This document shows, one piece after another, positions 1 through 13,037 of a DNA stretch of 64,000 nucleotides. The stretch is from Mobula hypostoma (lineage: Eukaryota). The translations under genes were made by a program, and so were the position numbers. Positions within the stretch are counted from its first letter, which is position 1. Every line of letters starts with the position of its first letter. The stretch lies in the NCBI RefSeq assembly GCF_963921235.1, contig NC_086097.1:185134001-185198000 (forward strand), in the 5' to 3' direction. A model generated the notes under the pieces. The model saw nothing but the letters and a program-made list of their open reading frames with translations. It did not search any database and had not been told where the DNA came from.

Positions 1-1045
1 TCCTAAAAGACCCTATTGTATCCATCGCCGGTAGCCCATTCCATGCACTCACCGCTCTCTGTGTAAAAAGCTTAGCTCTGACATCCCCTTTGTACTGTAC
101 CTACTTTCAAGCACCTTAAAAATATGCCCTCTCATGTTAGCCATTTCAGCCCTGGGGAAAAGCCTCCGACTATTCACACGATCAATGCCTCTGATCATCT
201 TTTACACCTCTATTAGGTCACCTCTCATCCTCCGTCGCTCCAAGGAGAAAAGGCCAAGTTCACTAAACCTACTCTCGTAAGGCAAGCTCCCCAAAGCAGG
301 CAACATCTTTGGACAAAATAAATCTCTTCTATAGTTTCCACATCCTTCCTGTAGTGAGGTGACCAGAACTGAGCACAGTACTCCAAGTGGGGTCTGACCA
401 GGGTCCTATATAGCTGTAACATTACCTCTCAGCTCTTAAACTCAGTTGATGAAGGCCAATACACAGTATGCCTTCTTAACCACACTGTCAACCTACGCAG
501 CAGCCTTGAGTATGGACTTGGACCCCAAGATCCCTCTGATTTTCCACATTGTCAAGAGTCTTACCATTAATACTATATCCTGCCATCATATTTGACCTCC
601 CAAAATGAACCACCTCACACTTATCTGGGTTGAACTCCATCTGCCACTTCTCAGCCCAGTTTTGCATTCTACCAATGTCCCACTATAACCTCTGACAGCC
701 CTCCACATGAGACACAACACCCCCAACCCTTGTGTCATCAGCAAATTTACTAATCCATCCCCCCACTTCCTCATCCAGGTCATTTATAAAAATCATGAAG
801 GGAAGGGGTCCCAGAACAGATCCCTGAGGCACACCACTGGTCACCGCACCGACCTCCATGCAGAATATGACCTGTCCACAACCACTCTTTGTCTTCTGTG
901 GGCAAGCCGATTCTGGATCCACAAAGCAAGGTCCCCTTGGATCCCATGCCTCCATAATTTCTCAATAAGCCTTGCATGGGGTACCTCATCAAATGCCTTG
1001 CTGAAATCCATATACACGACATCGACAGATCTACCTTCATCAATG
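1..1045 (-). mobile_element. CR1 LINE (host element), 3' part of ORF2 (RT C-terminal half), degraded
   Basis: Minus-strand peptides [39 protein letters not shown]. The reading resumes at 3806 across a TCAATG duplication (FFEDLIKHI / [13 protein letters not shown]). Confidence 0.93.
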
Positions 1046-3805
1046 GAATTCTGATGCAGTGGCCATTACAGAGACTTGGCTGGCACCAGGGCAGGAATGG
1101 ATTCTCAATATTCCTGGATTTCAGTGCTTTAAAAGGGATAGAGAGGGGGAAAAGGGGAGGAGGTGTGGCATTACTGGTCAGGGATACTATTACAGCTACA
1201 GAAAGGGTGGGTAATGTAGCAGGATCCTCTTTTGAGTCAGTATGGGTGGAAGTCAGGAACAGGAAGGGAGCAGTTACTCTACTGGGAGTAATCTATAGGC
1301 CCCCTGATAGCAGCAGAGATACCGAGGAGCAGATTGGGAGGCAGATTTTGGAAAGGTGCAAAAATAACAGGGTTGTTATGATGGGTGACTTTAACTTCCC
1401 TAATATTGATTGGCACCTGATTAGTTCCAATGGTTTAGATGGGGCAGAGTTTGTTAAATGTGTCCAGAACGGATTCCTGTTACACTATGTTGACAGGCCG
1501 ACTAGGGGAATGCCATACTAGATCTAGTATTAGGTAACAAACCGGGTCAGGTCACAGATCTCTCAGTGGGTGAGCATCTGGGGGACAGTGACCACCGCTC
1601 CCTGGCCTTTAGCATTATCATGGAAAAGGATAGAATCAGAGAGGACAGGAAAATTTTTCACTGGGGAAGGGCAAATTATGAGGCTAGAATTTGCGGGTGT
1701 GAACTGGGATGACATTTTTGCAGGGAAATGTACTATGGACATGTGATCGATATTTAGGGATCTCTTGCAGGATGTTAGGGATAAACTTGTCCCAGTGAGG
1801 AAGGTAAAGAATGGTAGGGTGAAGGAATCATGGATGACAAGTGCGGTGGAAAATCTAGTCAGGTGGAAGAAGGCAGCATACATGAGGTTTAGGAAGCAAG
1901 GATCAGATGGGTCTATTGAGGAATATAGGGTAGCAAGAAAGGAGCTTAAGAAGGGGACATGAGAAGGTCTTGGCGAGTAGGGTAAAGGAAAACCCCCAGT
2001 CATTCTTCAATTATGTGAAGAACAAAAGGATGACAGAAGTGAAGGTAGGACCAATTAGAGATAAAGGTGGAAAGATGTGTCTGGAGGCTGTGGAAGTGAG
2101 CGACGTCCTCAATGAATACTTCTCTTCGGTATTCACCAATGAGAGGGAACTTGATGATGGTGAGGACAATACGAGTGAGGTTGATGTTCTGGAGCATATT
2201 GATAATAAGGGAGAGGAGGTGTTGGAGTTGTTAAAATACATTAGGACGGATAAGTCCCCGGGGCCAGACGGAATATTCCCCAGGCTGCTGCACGAGGTGA
2301 GGGAAGAGATTGCTGAGCCTCAGGCTAGGATCTTTATGTCCTTGTTGTCCTCAGGAATGGTACCAGAGGATTGGAGGGAGGCTAATGTTGTCCCCTTGTT
2401 CAAATAAGTTAGTAGGGATAGTCCGGGTAATTATAGATCAGTGAGCCTTATGTCTGTGGTGGGAAAGCTGATAGAAAAGATTCTTAGAGATAGGATCTAT
2501 GGGCATTTAGAGAATCATGGTCTGATCAGGGACAGTCAGCATGGCTTTGTGAACGGCAGATCGTGTCTAACAAACCTGATAGAGTTCTTTGAGGAGGTGA
2601 CCAGGCATATAGATGAGGGTAGTGCAGCGGATGTGATCAATATGGATTTTAGTAAGGCATTTGACAAGGTTCCACACAGTAGACTTATTCAGAAAGTCAG
2701 AAGGCATGGGATCCAGGGAAGTTTGGCCTGGTGGATTCAGAATTGGCTTGCCTGCAGAAAGCAGAGGGTCGTGGTGGTGGAAGTACATTCGGATTGGAGC
2801 GTTGTGACTAGTGGTGTCCCACAAGGATCGGTTTTGAGACCTCTACTTTTCGTGAATTTTATTAACAACCTGGATGTGGGGGTAGAAGGGTGGGTTGGCT
2901 AGTTTGCAGATGACACAAAGGTTGGTGGTGTTGTAGATAGTGTAGAGGATTGTCGAAGATTGCAGAGAGACATGGATAGGATGCAGAAGTGGGCTGAGAA
3001 GTGGCAGATGGAGTTCAACCTGGGGAAGTGTGAGCTGGTACACTTTGGAAGGACAAACTCCAAGGCAGAGTACAAAGTAAATGGCAGGATACTTGGAAGT
3101 GTGGAGGAGCAGAGGGATCTGGGGGTACATGTCCACAGATTCCTGAAAGTTGCCTCACAGGTGGATAGGGTAGTTAAGAAAGCTTATGGGGTGTAAGCTT
3201 TCATAAGTCGAAGGATAGAGTTTAAGAGTTGCGAAGTAATGATGCAGCTCTATAAAACTCTGGTTAGGCCACACTTGGAGTACTATGTCCAGTTCTGGTC
3301 ATCTCACTATAGGAAGGATGTGGAAGCATTGGAAAGGGTACAGAGGAGATTTACCAGGATGCTGCCTGGTTTAGAGAGTATGTATTATGATCAGAGATTA
3401 AGGGAGCTAGGGTTTTACTCTTTGGAGAGAAGGAGGATGAGAGGAGACATGATAGAGGTATACAAAATATTAAGAGGAATAGATAGTGTGGACAGACAGC
3501 GCCTGTTCCCCAGTGCACCACTGCTCAATACAAGAGGACATGGCTTTAAGGTAAGGGGTGGGAAGTTCAAGGGGGATATTAGAGGAAGGTTTTTTACTCA
3601 GAGAGTCGTTGGTGCGTGGAATGCACTGCCTGAGTCAGTGGTGGAGGCAGATACACCAGTGAAATTTAAGAGACTACTAGACAGGTATATGGAGGAATTT
3701 AAGGTGGGGGGTTATATGGGAGGCAGGGTTTAAGGGTCAGCACAACATTGAGGGCTGAAGGGCCTGTACTGTGCTGTACTATTCTATGTCCTATGTTCTA
3801 TGTTC
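1046..3805 (+). mobile_element. 5'-truncated CR1 LINE (EN+RT, with stops/frameshifts) inserted in the host CR1
   Basis: APE motifs (GVIYRPP, MGDFNFP), RT motifs ([23 protein letters not shown]), (TTCTATG)n-type tail at 3782-3805, TSD TCAATG at 1040-1045 and 3806-3811. Confidence 0.95.
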
Positions 3806-5341
3806 TCAATGTGTTTGATCAAATCCTCAAAAAATTGAATCAGGCTCATAAGGCATGACCTGCCTTTGACAAAGCCATGCTGACTATTCCTTATCTTATA
3901 ATGCCTCTCTAAATGTTCATAAATTCTGCCTCTCAGGATCTTCTCCATCAACTTACCAACCACTGAAGTAAGACTCACTGGTCTATAATTTCCTGGACTA
4001 TCTCTACTCCCTTTTTTGAATAAGGAAGCAACATCTGCAACCCTCCAATTCTCTGGAACCTTGACTGTCCCCTTTGATGTTGCAAAGATCATTTCCAGAG
4101 GCTCAGCAATTTCATCCCTCGCCTCCCACCATAGCCTGGGGTATATCTTGTCCAGACCCGGTGACTTATTCAACTTGATGCTTTCCAAAGAATCTAGCAC
4201 ATCCTCTTTCTTAATGTCTACATGCTCAAACTTTTCAGTCTGCTGTAAGTCATCCCTACAATCGCCAAGGTCCTTTTCTGTAGTGAATACTGAAGCAACA
4301 TATTCATTAAGTACCTCAACTACCTCCTCCAGTTCCAAACACACTTTTCCACTGTTGCACTTGATTGGTCCTATTCTATCATATTTTATCCTCATGCTCT
4401 TCACATACTTGGAGAATGCCTTGGGGTTTTCCTTAATCCTGTTGCCAAGGCCCTCTCATTGGCCCCTTCTTAATCTCCTAATTTCATTCTTAAACTCCTT
4501 CCTGCTAGCCTTATAATTTTCTAGATCTCTATCATTACCTAGTTTTTTGAACCTTTCATAAGCCTTCCTTTTCTTGACTAGATTTTCAACAGCCTTTGTA
4601 CACCATGGTTTCTGTAACCTACCATCCTTTCCCTGTCTCATTGGAATGTACCTATGCAGAATACCGTGCAAATATCCCCTGAATATTTGCCATATTTCTG
4701 TCATACATTTCCCTGAGAACATCTGCTCCCAATTTATGCTTCCAAGTTCCTGCCTGATAGCTTCGTATTTCCCCTTACTCCAATTAAATGATTTCCTAAC
4801 TTGTCTGTTCCTATCCCTCTCCAATGTTATGGTAAAGGAGATAGAATTGTGAACACTATTTCCAAAATGCTCTCCCACTGAGATCTGACGCCTTACTAGG
4901 TTAATTTCCCAATACCAGATCAAGTACAGTCTCTCCTCTTGTAGGCTTATCTACATAGTGTGTCAGGAAACCTTCCTGAACACACCTAACAAACTCCACC
5001 CCATCTAAACTCTTTGTTCTAGGGAGATGCTAATCAATATTGGTGAAACTAAAATCTTCTGTCACAACAACCCTGTTATTATTGCACCATTCCAGAATCT
5101 GTCTCCCTCTCTGCTCCTCGATGTCCCTGTAAATATTGTGTGGTCTATAAAAAACAGCCAGTAGGGTTATTGACCCCTTCCTGTTTCTAACTCTCCAGAC
5201 AATCCCTCCATGACTTCCTCCTTTTCTGCAGCCATGACACTATCCCACGACCCCACCTCTTTTGCCTGTCCATTCTGAAACATCTATAGCCTGGCACTCT
5301 AAGTAGCCATTCCTGCTGCTGGGCCATCAAGTCCCTGTAAT
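3806..5341 (-). mobile_element. CR1 LINE (host element), middle of ORF2 (EN-linker-RT N-terminus)
   Basis: ORFs 3784-4404 ([29 protein letters not shown]) and 4456-4923 (GEHFGNS). Continues at 9679 across a TGTAAT duplication. Confidence 0.93.
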
Positions 5342-5645
5342 TCGGAGAAGAAAGTCTGAGAATCGGAGCGGGAGTGAGGAGGAAGCCATTTTTGAATTTT
5401 TTGGTTTTTTTTCATCAGTGTTCAGAGAGGCGGGACTGCGCAAGTGTGTGACGTCGGGCAGTGAAACGCAGAAGATTTAAAAGGAACAGAGCCTTATATA
5501 GCGGGCAGCATAGTTTGCGAGTTGCAGAGTGAGCCGGGAGCAGAGTGAAGGCTTAAGGGCTTCAGCTCAATGGGCTTAGGCGGAAATGGGCGAGGCGAGG
5601 AAGGTTTGGTATTCATTTTTGTTGTTATTTGAGGAGAGGGGCAGT

Positions 5646-6600
5646 ATGAGTGTGAGGGCAGTTTGTTGTTCTCGGTGCCGGATGTGGGAGGCCCTGGAGT
5701 CTCCAAGCCTCCCGGACGTCCACATCTGCGCCAGGTGCGCCGAGATACAGCTCCTAAGAGACCGCGTTAGGGAACTGGAGCTGCAGCTCGATGACCTTCG
5801 TCTGGTCAGGGTGAGTGAGGAGTTTATAGAGAGGAGTTACAGGCAGGTGGTCACGCCGGGGCCACGGGAGGCAGAAAAGTGGGTCACGGTTAGGAGGGGG
5901 AAGGGGAAGAGTCAGGTACTAGAGAGTACCCCGGTGGCTGTGCCCCTTGACATTAGGTACTCCTGTTTGAGTACTGTTGGGGGGGACAGCTTACCTGGGG
6001 GAAGCGATAGTGGCCGTGCCAAGCGATAGTGGCCGTGCCTCCGGCACAGAGTCCGGCCCTGTAGCTCAGAAGGGTAGGGCAAGGAAGAGGAGAGCAGTTG
6101 TAATAGGGGACTTGATAGTAAGGGGGTCAGATGGGCGATTCTGTGGACGCAGTCCAGAGACCCGGATGGTAGTTTGCCTCCCTGGTGCCAGGGTCCGGGA
6201 TGTTTCTGATCGCGTCCAAGATATCCTGAAGTGGGAGGGTGAGGAGCCAGAGGTTGTGGTACATATAGGTACCAATGACATAGGTAGGAAAAGGGAAGAG
6301 GTCCTGAAAGGAGAATATAGGGAGTTAGGAAGGGAGTTGAGAAAAAGGACCGCAAAGGTAGTAATCTTAGGATTACTGCCTGTGCCACACGACAGTAAGA
6401 GTAGGAATGCGATGAGGTGGAGGATAAATGCGTGGCTGAGGGATTGGTGCAGGGGGCAGGGATTCAAGTTTTTGGATCAGTGGGGCCTCCTTTGGCGCAG
6501 GTGTGACCTGCACAAAAAGGACAGGTTACACTTGAATCCTAGGGGGACCAATATCCTGGCGGGGAGATTTGTGAGGGCTACTGAGGTGACTTTAAACTAG
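5646..6600 (+). pseudogene. CR1 ORF1 (Cys-rich zinc finger, coiled coil, SGNH/GDSL esterase), frameshifted
   Basis: CSRC...HICARC, leucine heptads, VVIGDL (catalytic Ser lost), VCLPGA, HIGTND, DRLHLN. A 19-bp tandem duplication at 6002-6039 splits the frame. Confidence 0.9.
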
Positions 6601-6601
6601 A

Positions 6602-9600
6602 ATGGTTGGGGATGGGAATCAAATTACAGAGACTAGGAGAGAGGAGGTTAGTTCACAACAGGGGGGTGGGAACAAGTGCAGAGAGACAGAGGGGTGTAAA
6701 ATGAGGGTAGAAGCAAAAAGTAGTAAGGTGAAAAGTAAAAGTGGCAGGCTGGCAAATCCAGGGCAAAAATCGAAAAGGGCCACTTTTCAACATAATTGTA
6801 TAAGGGCTAAGAGTGTTGTAAAAGTGAGCCTGAAGGCTTTGTGTGTCAATGCAAGGAGCATTCGTAACAAGGTGGATGAATTAAAAGTGCAGATTGTTAT
6901 TAATGAATATGATATAGTTGGGATCACAGAGACATGGCTCCAGGGTGACCAAGGATGGGAGCTCAACATTCAGGGATATTCAATATTCAGGAGGGATAGA
7001 CATGAAAGAAAAGGAGGTGGGGTAACATTGCTGGTTAGAGAGGAGATTAACGCAATAGAAAGGAAGGACATTAGCCGGGAGGGTGTGGAATCGACATGGG
7101 TAGAGCTGCATAAAACTAAGGGGCAGAAGACGCTGGTGGGATTTGTGTACAGGCCACCTAACAGCAGTAGTGAGATTGGGGATGGTATTAAACAGGAAAT
7201 TAGAAATGCGTGCAATAAAGGAACAGCAGTTATAATGGGTGACTTCAATCTACATATAGATTGGGTGAACCAAATTGGTAAGGGTACTGAGGAAGAGGAT
7301 TCTTGGAATGTATGCGGGATGGTGTTTTGAACCAACCTGTCGAGGAACCAACTAGAGAGCAGGCTATTCTAGACTGGGTGTTGAGCAATGAGGAAGGGTT
7401 AATTAGCAATCTTGTCGTGAGAGGCCCCTTGGGTAAGAGTGACCATAGTATGGTGGAATTCTTCATTAAGATGGAGAGTAACATAGTTAATTCAGAAACA
7501 AAGGTTCTGAACTTAAAGAAGGGTAACTTTGAAGGTATCAGACACGAATTAGCTAAGATAGACTGGCAAATAACACTTAAAGGGTTGACGGTGGATATGC
7601 AATGGCAAGCATTTAAAGATCACATGGATGAACTACAACAATTGTTCATCCCAGTTTAGCAAAAGAATAAATCAGGGAAGGTAGTTCACCCGTGGCTGAC
7701 AAAGGAAATTAGGGATAGTATCATTTCCAAAGAAGAAGCATACAAATTAGCCAGAAAAAGTGGCTCACCTGAGGACTGGGAGAAATTCAGAGTCCAGCAG
7801 AGGAGGACAAAGGGCTTAATTAGGAAAGGGAAAAAAGATTATGAGAGAAAACTGGCAGGGAACATAAAAACTGACTGTAAAAGCTTTTATAGATATGTGA
7901 AAAGAAAAAGATTGGTTAAGACAAATGTAGGTCCCCTACAAACAGAAACAGATGAATTGATTATGGGGAGCAAGGACATGGCAGACTAATTGAATAACTA
8001 CTTTGGTTCTGTCTTCATTAAGGAGGACATAAATAATCTTCCGGAAATAGTAGGGGACAGAGGGGCTAGTGAGATAGAGGAACTGAGGGAAATACATGTT
8101 AGTAGGGAAGTAGTGTTAGGTAAATTGAAGGGATTAAAGGCAGATAAATCCCTAGGGCCAGTTGGTCTGCATCCCAGAGTGCTTAAGGAAGTAGCCTAAG
8201 AAATAGTGGATGCATTAGTAATAGTTTTTCAAAACTCTTTAGATTCTGGACTAGTTCCTGAGGATTGGAGGGTGGCTAATGTAACCCCACTTTTTAAAAA
8301 AGGAGGGAGAGAGGAACCGGGGAATTATAGACCGGTTAGCCTGACATCGGTGGTGGGGAAAATGCTAGAGTCAGTTATCAAAGATGTGATAACAGCACAT
8401 TTGGAAAGCGGTGAAATCATCGGACAAAGTCAGCATGGATTTGTGAAAGGAAAATCATGTCTGACGAATCTCATAGAATTTTTTGAGGATGTAACTAGTA
8501 GAGTGGATAGGGGAGAACCAGTGGATGTGGTATATTTGGATTTTCAAAAGGCTTTTGACAAGTTCCCACACAGGAGATTAGTGTGCAAACTTAAAGCACA
8601 CGGTATTGGGTGTAGGGTATTGATGTGGATAGAGAATTGGTTGGCAGACAGGAAGCAAAGAGTGGGAATAAACGGGACCTTTTCAGAATGGCAGGCAGTG
8701 ACTAGTGGGGTACTGCAAGGCTCAGTGCTGGGACCCCAGTTGTTTACAATATATATTAATGACTTGGATGAGGGAATTAAATGCAGCATCTCCAAGTTTG
8801 CGGATGACACGAAGCTGGGTGGTAGTGTTAGCTGTGAGGAGGATGCTAAGAGGATGCAGAGTGACTTGGATAGGTTGGGTGAGTGGGCAAACTCATGGCA
8901 GATGCAATTTAATGTGGATAAATGTGAGGTTATCCACTTTGGTGGCAAAAACAGGAAAACAGATTATTATTTGAATGGTGGCCGATTAGGAAAAGGGGAG
9001 GTGCAACGAGACCTGGGTGTCATTATACACCAGTCATTGAAAGTGGGGATGCAGTTACAGCAGGCGGTGAAAAAGGCGAATGGTATGCTGGCATTCATAG
9101 CAAGAGGATTCGAGTACAGGAGCAGGGAGGTACTACAGCAGTTGTACCAGGCCTTGGTGAGACCACACCTGGAGTATTGTGTGCAGTTTTGGTCCCCTAA
9201 TCTGAGGAAAGACATCCTTGCCATAGAGGGAGTGCAAAGGAGGTTCACCAGATTGATTCCTGGGATGGCAGGACTTTCATATGATGAAAGACTGGATCAA
9301 CTAGGCTTATACTCGTTGGAGTTTAGAAGATTGAAAGGGAATCTTATTGAAACGTATAAAATCCTAAAGGATTAGACAGGCTAGATGCAGGAAGATTGTT
9401 CCCAATGTTGTGGAAGTCCAGAACGAGGGGTCACAGTTTGAGGATAAAGGGGAAGCTTTTTAGGACCGAGATTAGGAAGAACTTCTTCACACAGAGAGTG
9501 GTGAATCTGTGGAATTCTTTGCCACAGGAAAGAGTTGAGGCCAGTTCATTGGCTATATTTAAGAGGGAGTTAGATATGGCCCTTGTGGCTAAAGGTATCA

Positions 9601-9608
9601 GGCCATGA
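6602..9608 (+). pseudogene. CR1 ORF2 (APE endonuclease + reverse transcriptase), several stops/frameshifts
   Basis: NARSIRNK, ITETWL, MGDFN, GKSDH, 389-aa RT fragment with KFADDTK. Confidence 0.93.
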
Positions 9609-9678
9609 TCATACTGAATGACGGTGCAGGCTCGAAGGGCTGAATGGCCTACTCCTGCACCTATTTTCTATGTTTCTA

Positions 9679-11110
9679 TGTAATGGCCACAGCATCATAG
9701 CTACAAATACTGATCCACACTCTAAACTCATCCGCTTTGTTCATAATACTCCTTGCATAAAAATAGACACATCTCAAACCATCGGTCTGAGCGCGTCCCT
9801 TCTCTATCACCTGCCTATACTCCCTGTCATACTGCCTACAAGCTTTCTCTATTTGTGAGCCAACCGCCTCTTCCCCAGTCTCTTCAGTTCATTTCCCACC
9901 CCCCAGCAATTCTAGTTTAAACTCTCCCCTGTAGTCTCAGCAAAGCTCCCCCTCTCGATATTGGTCCCCCTGGGATTCAACTGCAACCCGTCCTTTTTGT
10001 ATAGGTCACACCTGCCCCAAAAGAGGTCCCAATGATCCAGAAATCTGAATCCTTGCTCCCTGCTCCAATCCCTCAACCACGCATTTATTGTCCATCTCAC
10101 TCTATTCCTGTACTCACTGTCGCATGGCACAGGCAGTAATCCCGAGATTACTACCCTTGTGGTCCTGCTCCTCAGCTGCTTTCCTAACTCCCTGTAGGTT
10201 GTTTTCAGGACCTCCTCCATTTTTCCTACCTATGTCATTGGTACCAATATGTACCACGACCTCTGTCTGTTCACCTTCCCACTTCAGGATATTGTGGATG
10301 CGATCAGAAACATCCCAGACCCTGGCACCTTCCATTTTTCTTTCTGCGTCTACAGAATTGCCTCTCTGATCCCCTAACTATAGAATCCGCTATCACTGCT
10401 GCCATCCTCTTCCTTTCCCTACTCGTCTGAGCCACAGGGCCAGACTCTGTGCCAGAGGCGCAGCCACAGTTGCTTTCCCCAGGTAGGTCGTCCCCCACAA
10501 CTTTACTCAAACAGGATTACTTATTGTTAAGAGGGACAGTCACAGGCGTATTCTCTAGTATCTGACTCTTGCCCTTCCCTCTCCTGACTGCTACCCATTT
10601 ATCTGTCTCCCGAGGCCCCAGTGTGACTACTTGCCTAGAGCTCCTCTCTATCACCTCCTCACTTACCCTGACCAGACCAAGGTCATCGAGCTGCATCTCC
10701 AGTTCCCTATCCCAGTCCATAAGGAGCTGCAGCTCGATGCACCTGGTGCAGATGTGGCCGTCCAGGAGGCTGGGAGTCTCCCGGACCTCCCACATCCAAC
10801 ACACAGTACAGAACACCAGCCCCACAGAACTCCTTCCTATTGCTATTCTTCACAAATAACTTACCTCGCATTAACCCATTATCGCTGAAGCCCCGTTGAG
10901 CCAAAGCCCTCCTACTCTAACTCCCTCTACTTCAACATCTGCCCTATAAAACTGTCCTCTTTTGAAATACTTCCCGCCAGTCTGACTCATTGATGTCCAC
11001 GCGCAGTCATGCGTCAATCAAACTGCTAAAGAAAAAATGCTCTCCTTTTAAATTCATCCTGCTGGTTTAACTTACTGATGTCCACGCACCTGTGTAGTCG
11101 TGCTTCGATT
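9679..11110 (-). mobile_element. CR1 LINE (host element), ORF2 N-terminus, ORF1 and 5'UTR
   Basis: ORF1 fragments HICTRC, HIGTND, KKDGLQLNPRGTNI. The 5'UTR has two imperfect ~88-bp repeats (about 10955-11110). Confidence 0.88.
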
Positions 11111-11114
11111 GCCG

Positions 11115-11916
11115 TAAATTTAAAAATAAATACTACAAAATCTAAGGAATAAAAAGGTAGTGTTCATAGTTTCATGGATCATTCAGAAATCTGATGGTGA
11201 AGGGGAAGAATCTATTCCTGAATGATTCTGTGTGGGTCTCCAGACTCTAGTACCTCCTACCTGAAGGCAGTACTGACAAAATGGCACATCCTGGATAGAG
11301 AGGTCCTTAGTGATGGACGTCATCTCATTTGATGCTGTCTCAGGAAGGAGGGGAGGGTGGTGCCCATGGCAGAACTGGCCGAGCCTACAACCCTCTACAG
11401 CATCTTGTGACCCTTTGCACGGAGCCTCCACACCAGACCGTGAAGCTACCAGTCTGAACGTTCTGCACCATACACCTATAGAAATTTGCTAGAAATTTTG
11501 GTGACATGTCAAATATCCTCAATATTTAAATTAAGTAGAGCCATTGGTCTGCTGTCTTCATGATTACATCAATGTGTTGGGCCCACGATAGATCATCTAA
11601 GATGTTGGCACCTAGGAATTTTAAACTGCTCACTCTCAATAAAGACTAGTATGTGTTCTCCCAGTTTCCCAGTCCAAAATCAATTCCAACAATTACAAGA
11701 ACAAAGTCTTCATCTACAAATTTGTGGAATATATGGCATTTGAGCTCTGTTCAACCATACAGTCATGAGTGTAGAGAGAGTAGAGTAGTGGGCCAAGCAC
11801 ATATCCTTGAAGTGCCCCATGTTGATTTTCAGCAAAGTTAACATTTTTTCACTGATCTGCACTGTCTGTAGCCTCCCCCAATGAAAATGTTGAGGATCCA
11901 GTTGCAGAGGGAGGTA
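11115..11916 (-). mobile_element. Rex1/Babar-like LINE, 3' portion, degraded (continues at 19870-19918 and 21279-21420)
   Basis: Minus-strand TSLCNWIL-type RT segment and similarity to the other Rex1-like copies (e.g. 41750-41830). The sequence resumes after the Tc1 and after the LTR. Confidence 0.75.
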
Positions 11917-13037
11917 CAGTGGTATGCAAAAGTTTGGGCACCCCGGTCAAAATTTTTGTCACTGTGAATAGCTAAGCGAGTAAAAGATGACCTGATTTCC
12001 AAAAGGCATAAAGTTAAAGATGACACATTTCTTGAATATTTTAAGCAAGAAAACTTTTTTATTTTCATCTTTTACAGTTTCAAAATAACAAAAAAGGAAA
12101 AGGGCCTGAGGCAAAAATTTGGGCACCCTGCATGGTCAGTACTTAGTAACACCCCCTTTTCAAGTATCACAGCTTTTAAACGCTTTCTGTAGCCAGCTAA
12201 GAGTCTTTCAATTCTTGTTTGGGGGATTTTTGCCCATTCTTCCTTGCAAAAGTCTTCTAGTTCTGTGAGATTCTTGGGCCATCTCGCATGCACTGCTCTT
12301 TTGAGGTCTACCCACAGATTTTCAATGATGTTTAGGTCAGGGGACTGTGAGGGCCATGGCAAAGCCTTCAGCTTGCGCCTCTTGAGGTAATCCATTGTGG
12401 ATTTTGAGGAGTGTTTAGGATCATTATCCTGTTGTAGAAGCCATCCTCTTCTCATCTTCAGCTTTTTTACAGACGGTGTGATGTTTGCTTCCAGAATTTG
12501 CTGGTATTTAATTGAATTCATTCTTCCCTCTACAAGTGAAATGTTGCCTGTGCCACTGGCTACAACACAAACCCCAAAGCATGATCGAACCACCCCCCCG
12601 GTTAACAGTTGGAGAGGTGTTCGAGTTCAAGACTGGACCCTCAGCTCAGAAAGGAAGGAGGGAAAAGAGGAGAGCAGTAGTGATAGGGGTTTCGATAGTT
12701 AGGGGGACAGATAAGAGGTTTTGTGGGAGAGATCGAGAATCCCGGATAGTCTGTTGCTTCCCTGGTGCCAGGTTCCGCGATATCTCGGATTGAGTTCTTG
12801 GTATTCTCAAGAGGGAGGGTGAGCAGCCAGATGTCGTGGTCTACGTGGGGTAGGAGTAGGGATGAGGTCCTGAAGAAGGAATATAGGGAGTTAGGAAAGA
12901 AGTTAAAAAGCAGGACCTCAAGGGTGGTAATCTCGGGATTGCTGCCTGTGCCACGAAACAGAGAGGGTAAGAACAGGAAGTTATGGCAAATGAATGCGTG
13001 GCTGAAGAATTGGTGCAGGGGGCAGGGGTTCAGATTT

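Larger units (their letters stand above)
5342..9678 (+). mobile_element. Full-length CR1 LINE (5'UTR, ORF1, ORF2, 3' tail), inactive
   Basis: GC-rich 5'UTR, ORF1 then ORF2, TTTTCTATGTTTCTATG tail, TSD TGTAAT at 5336-5341 and 9679-9684. Confidence 0.95.

Noticed and set aside
5977..6600. Captured cellular or bacterial SGNH esterase gene
   Set aside because: An esterase domain is an established component of CR1-clade ORF1 and occurs in all four ORF1 copies here.
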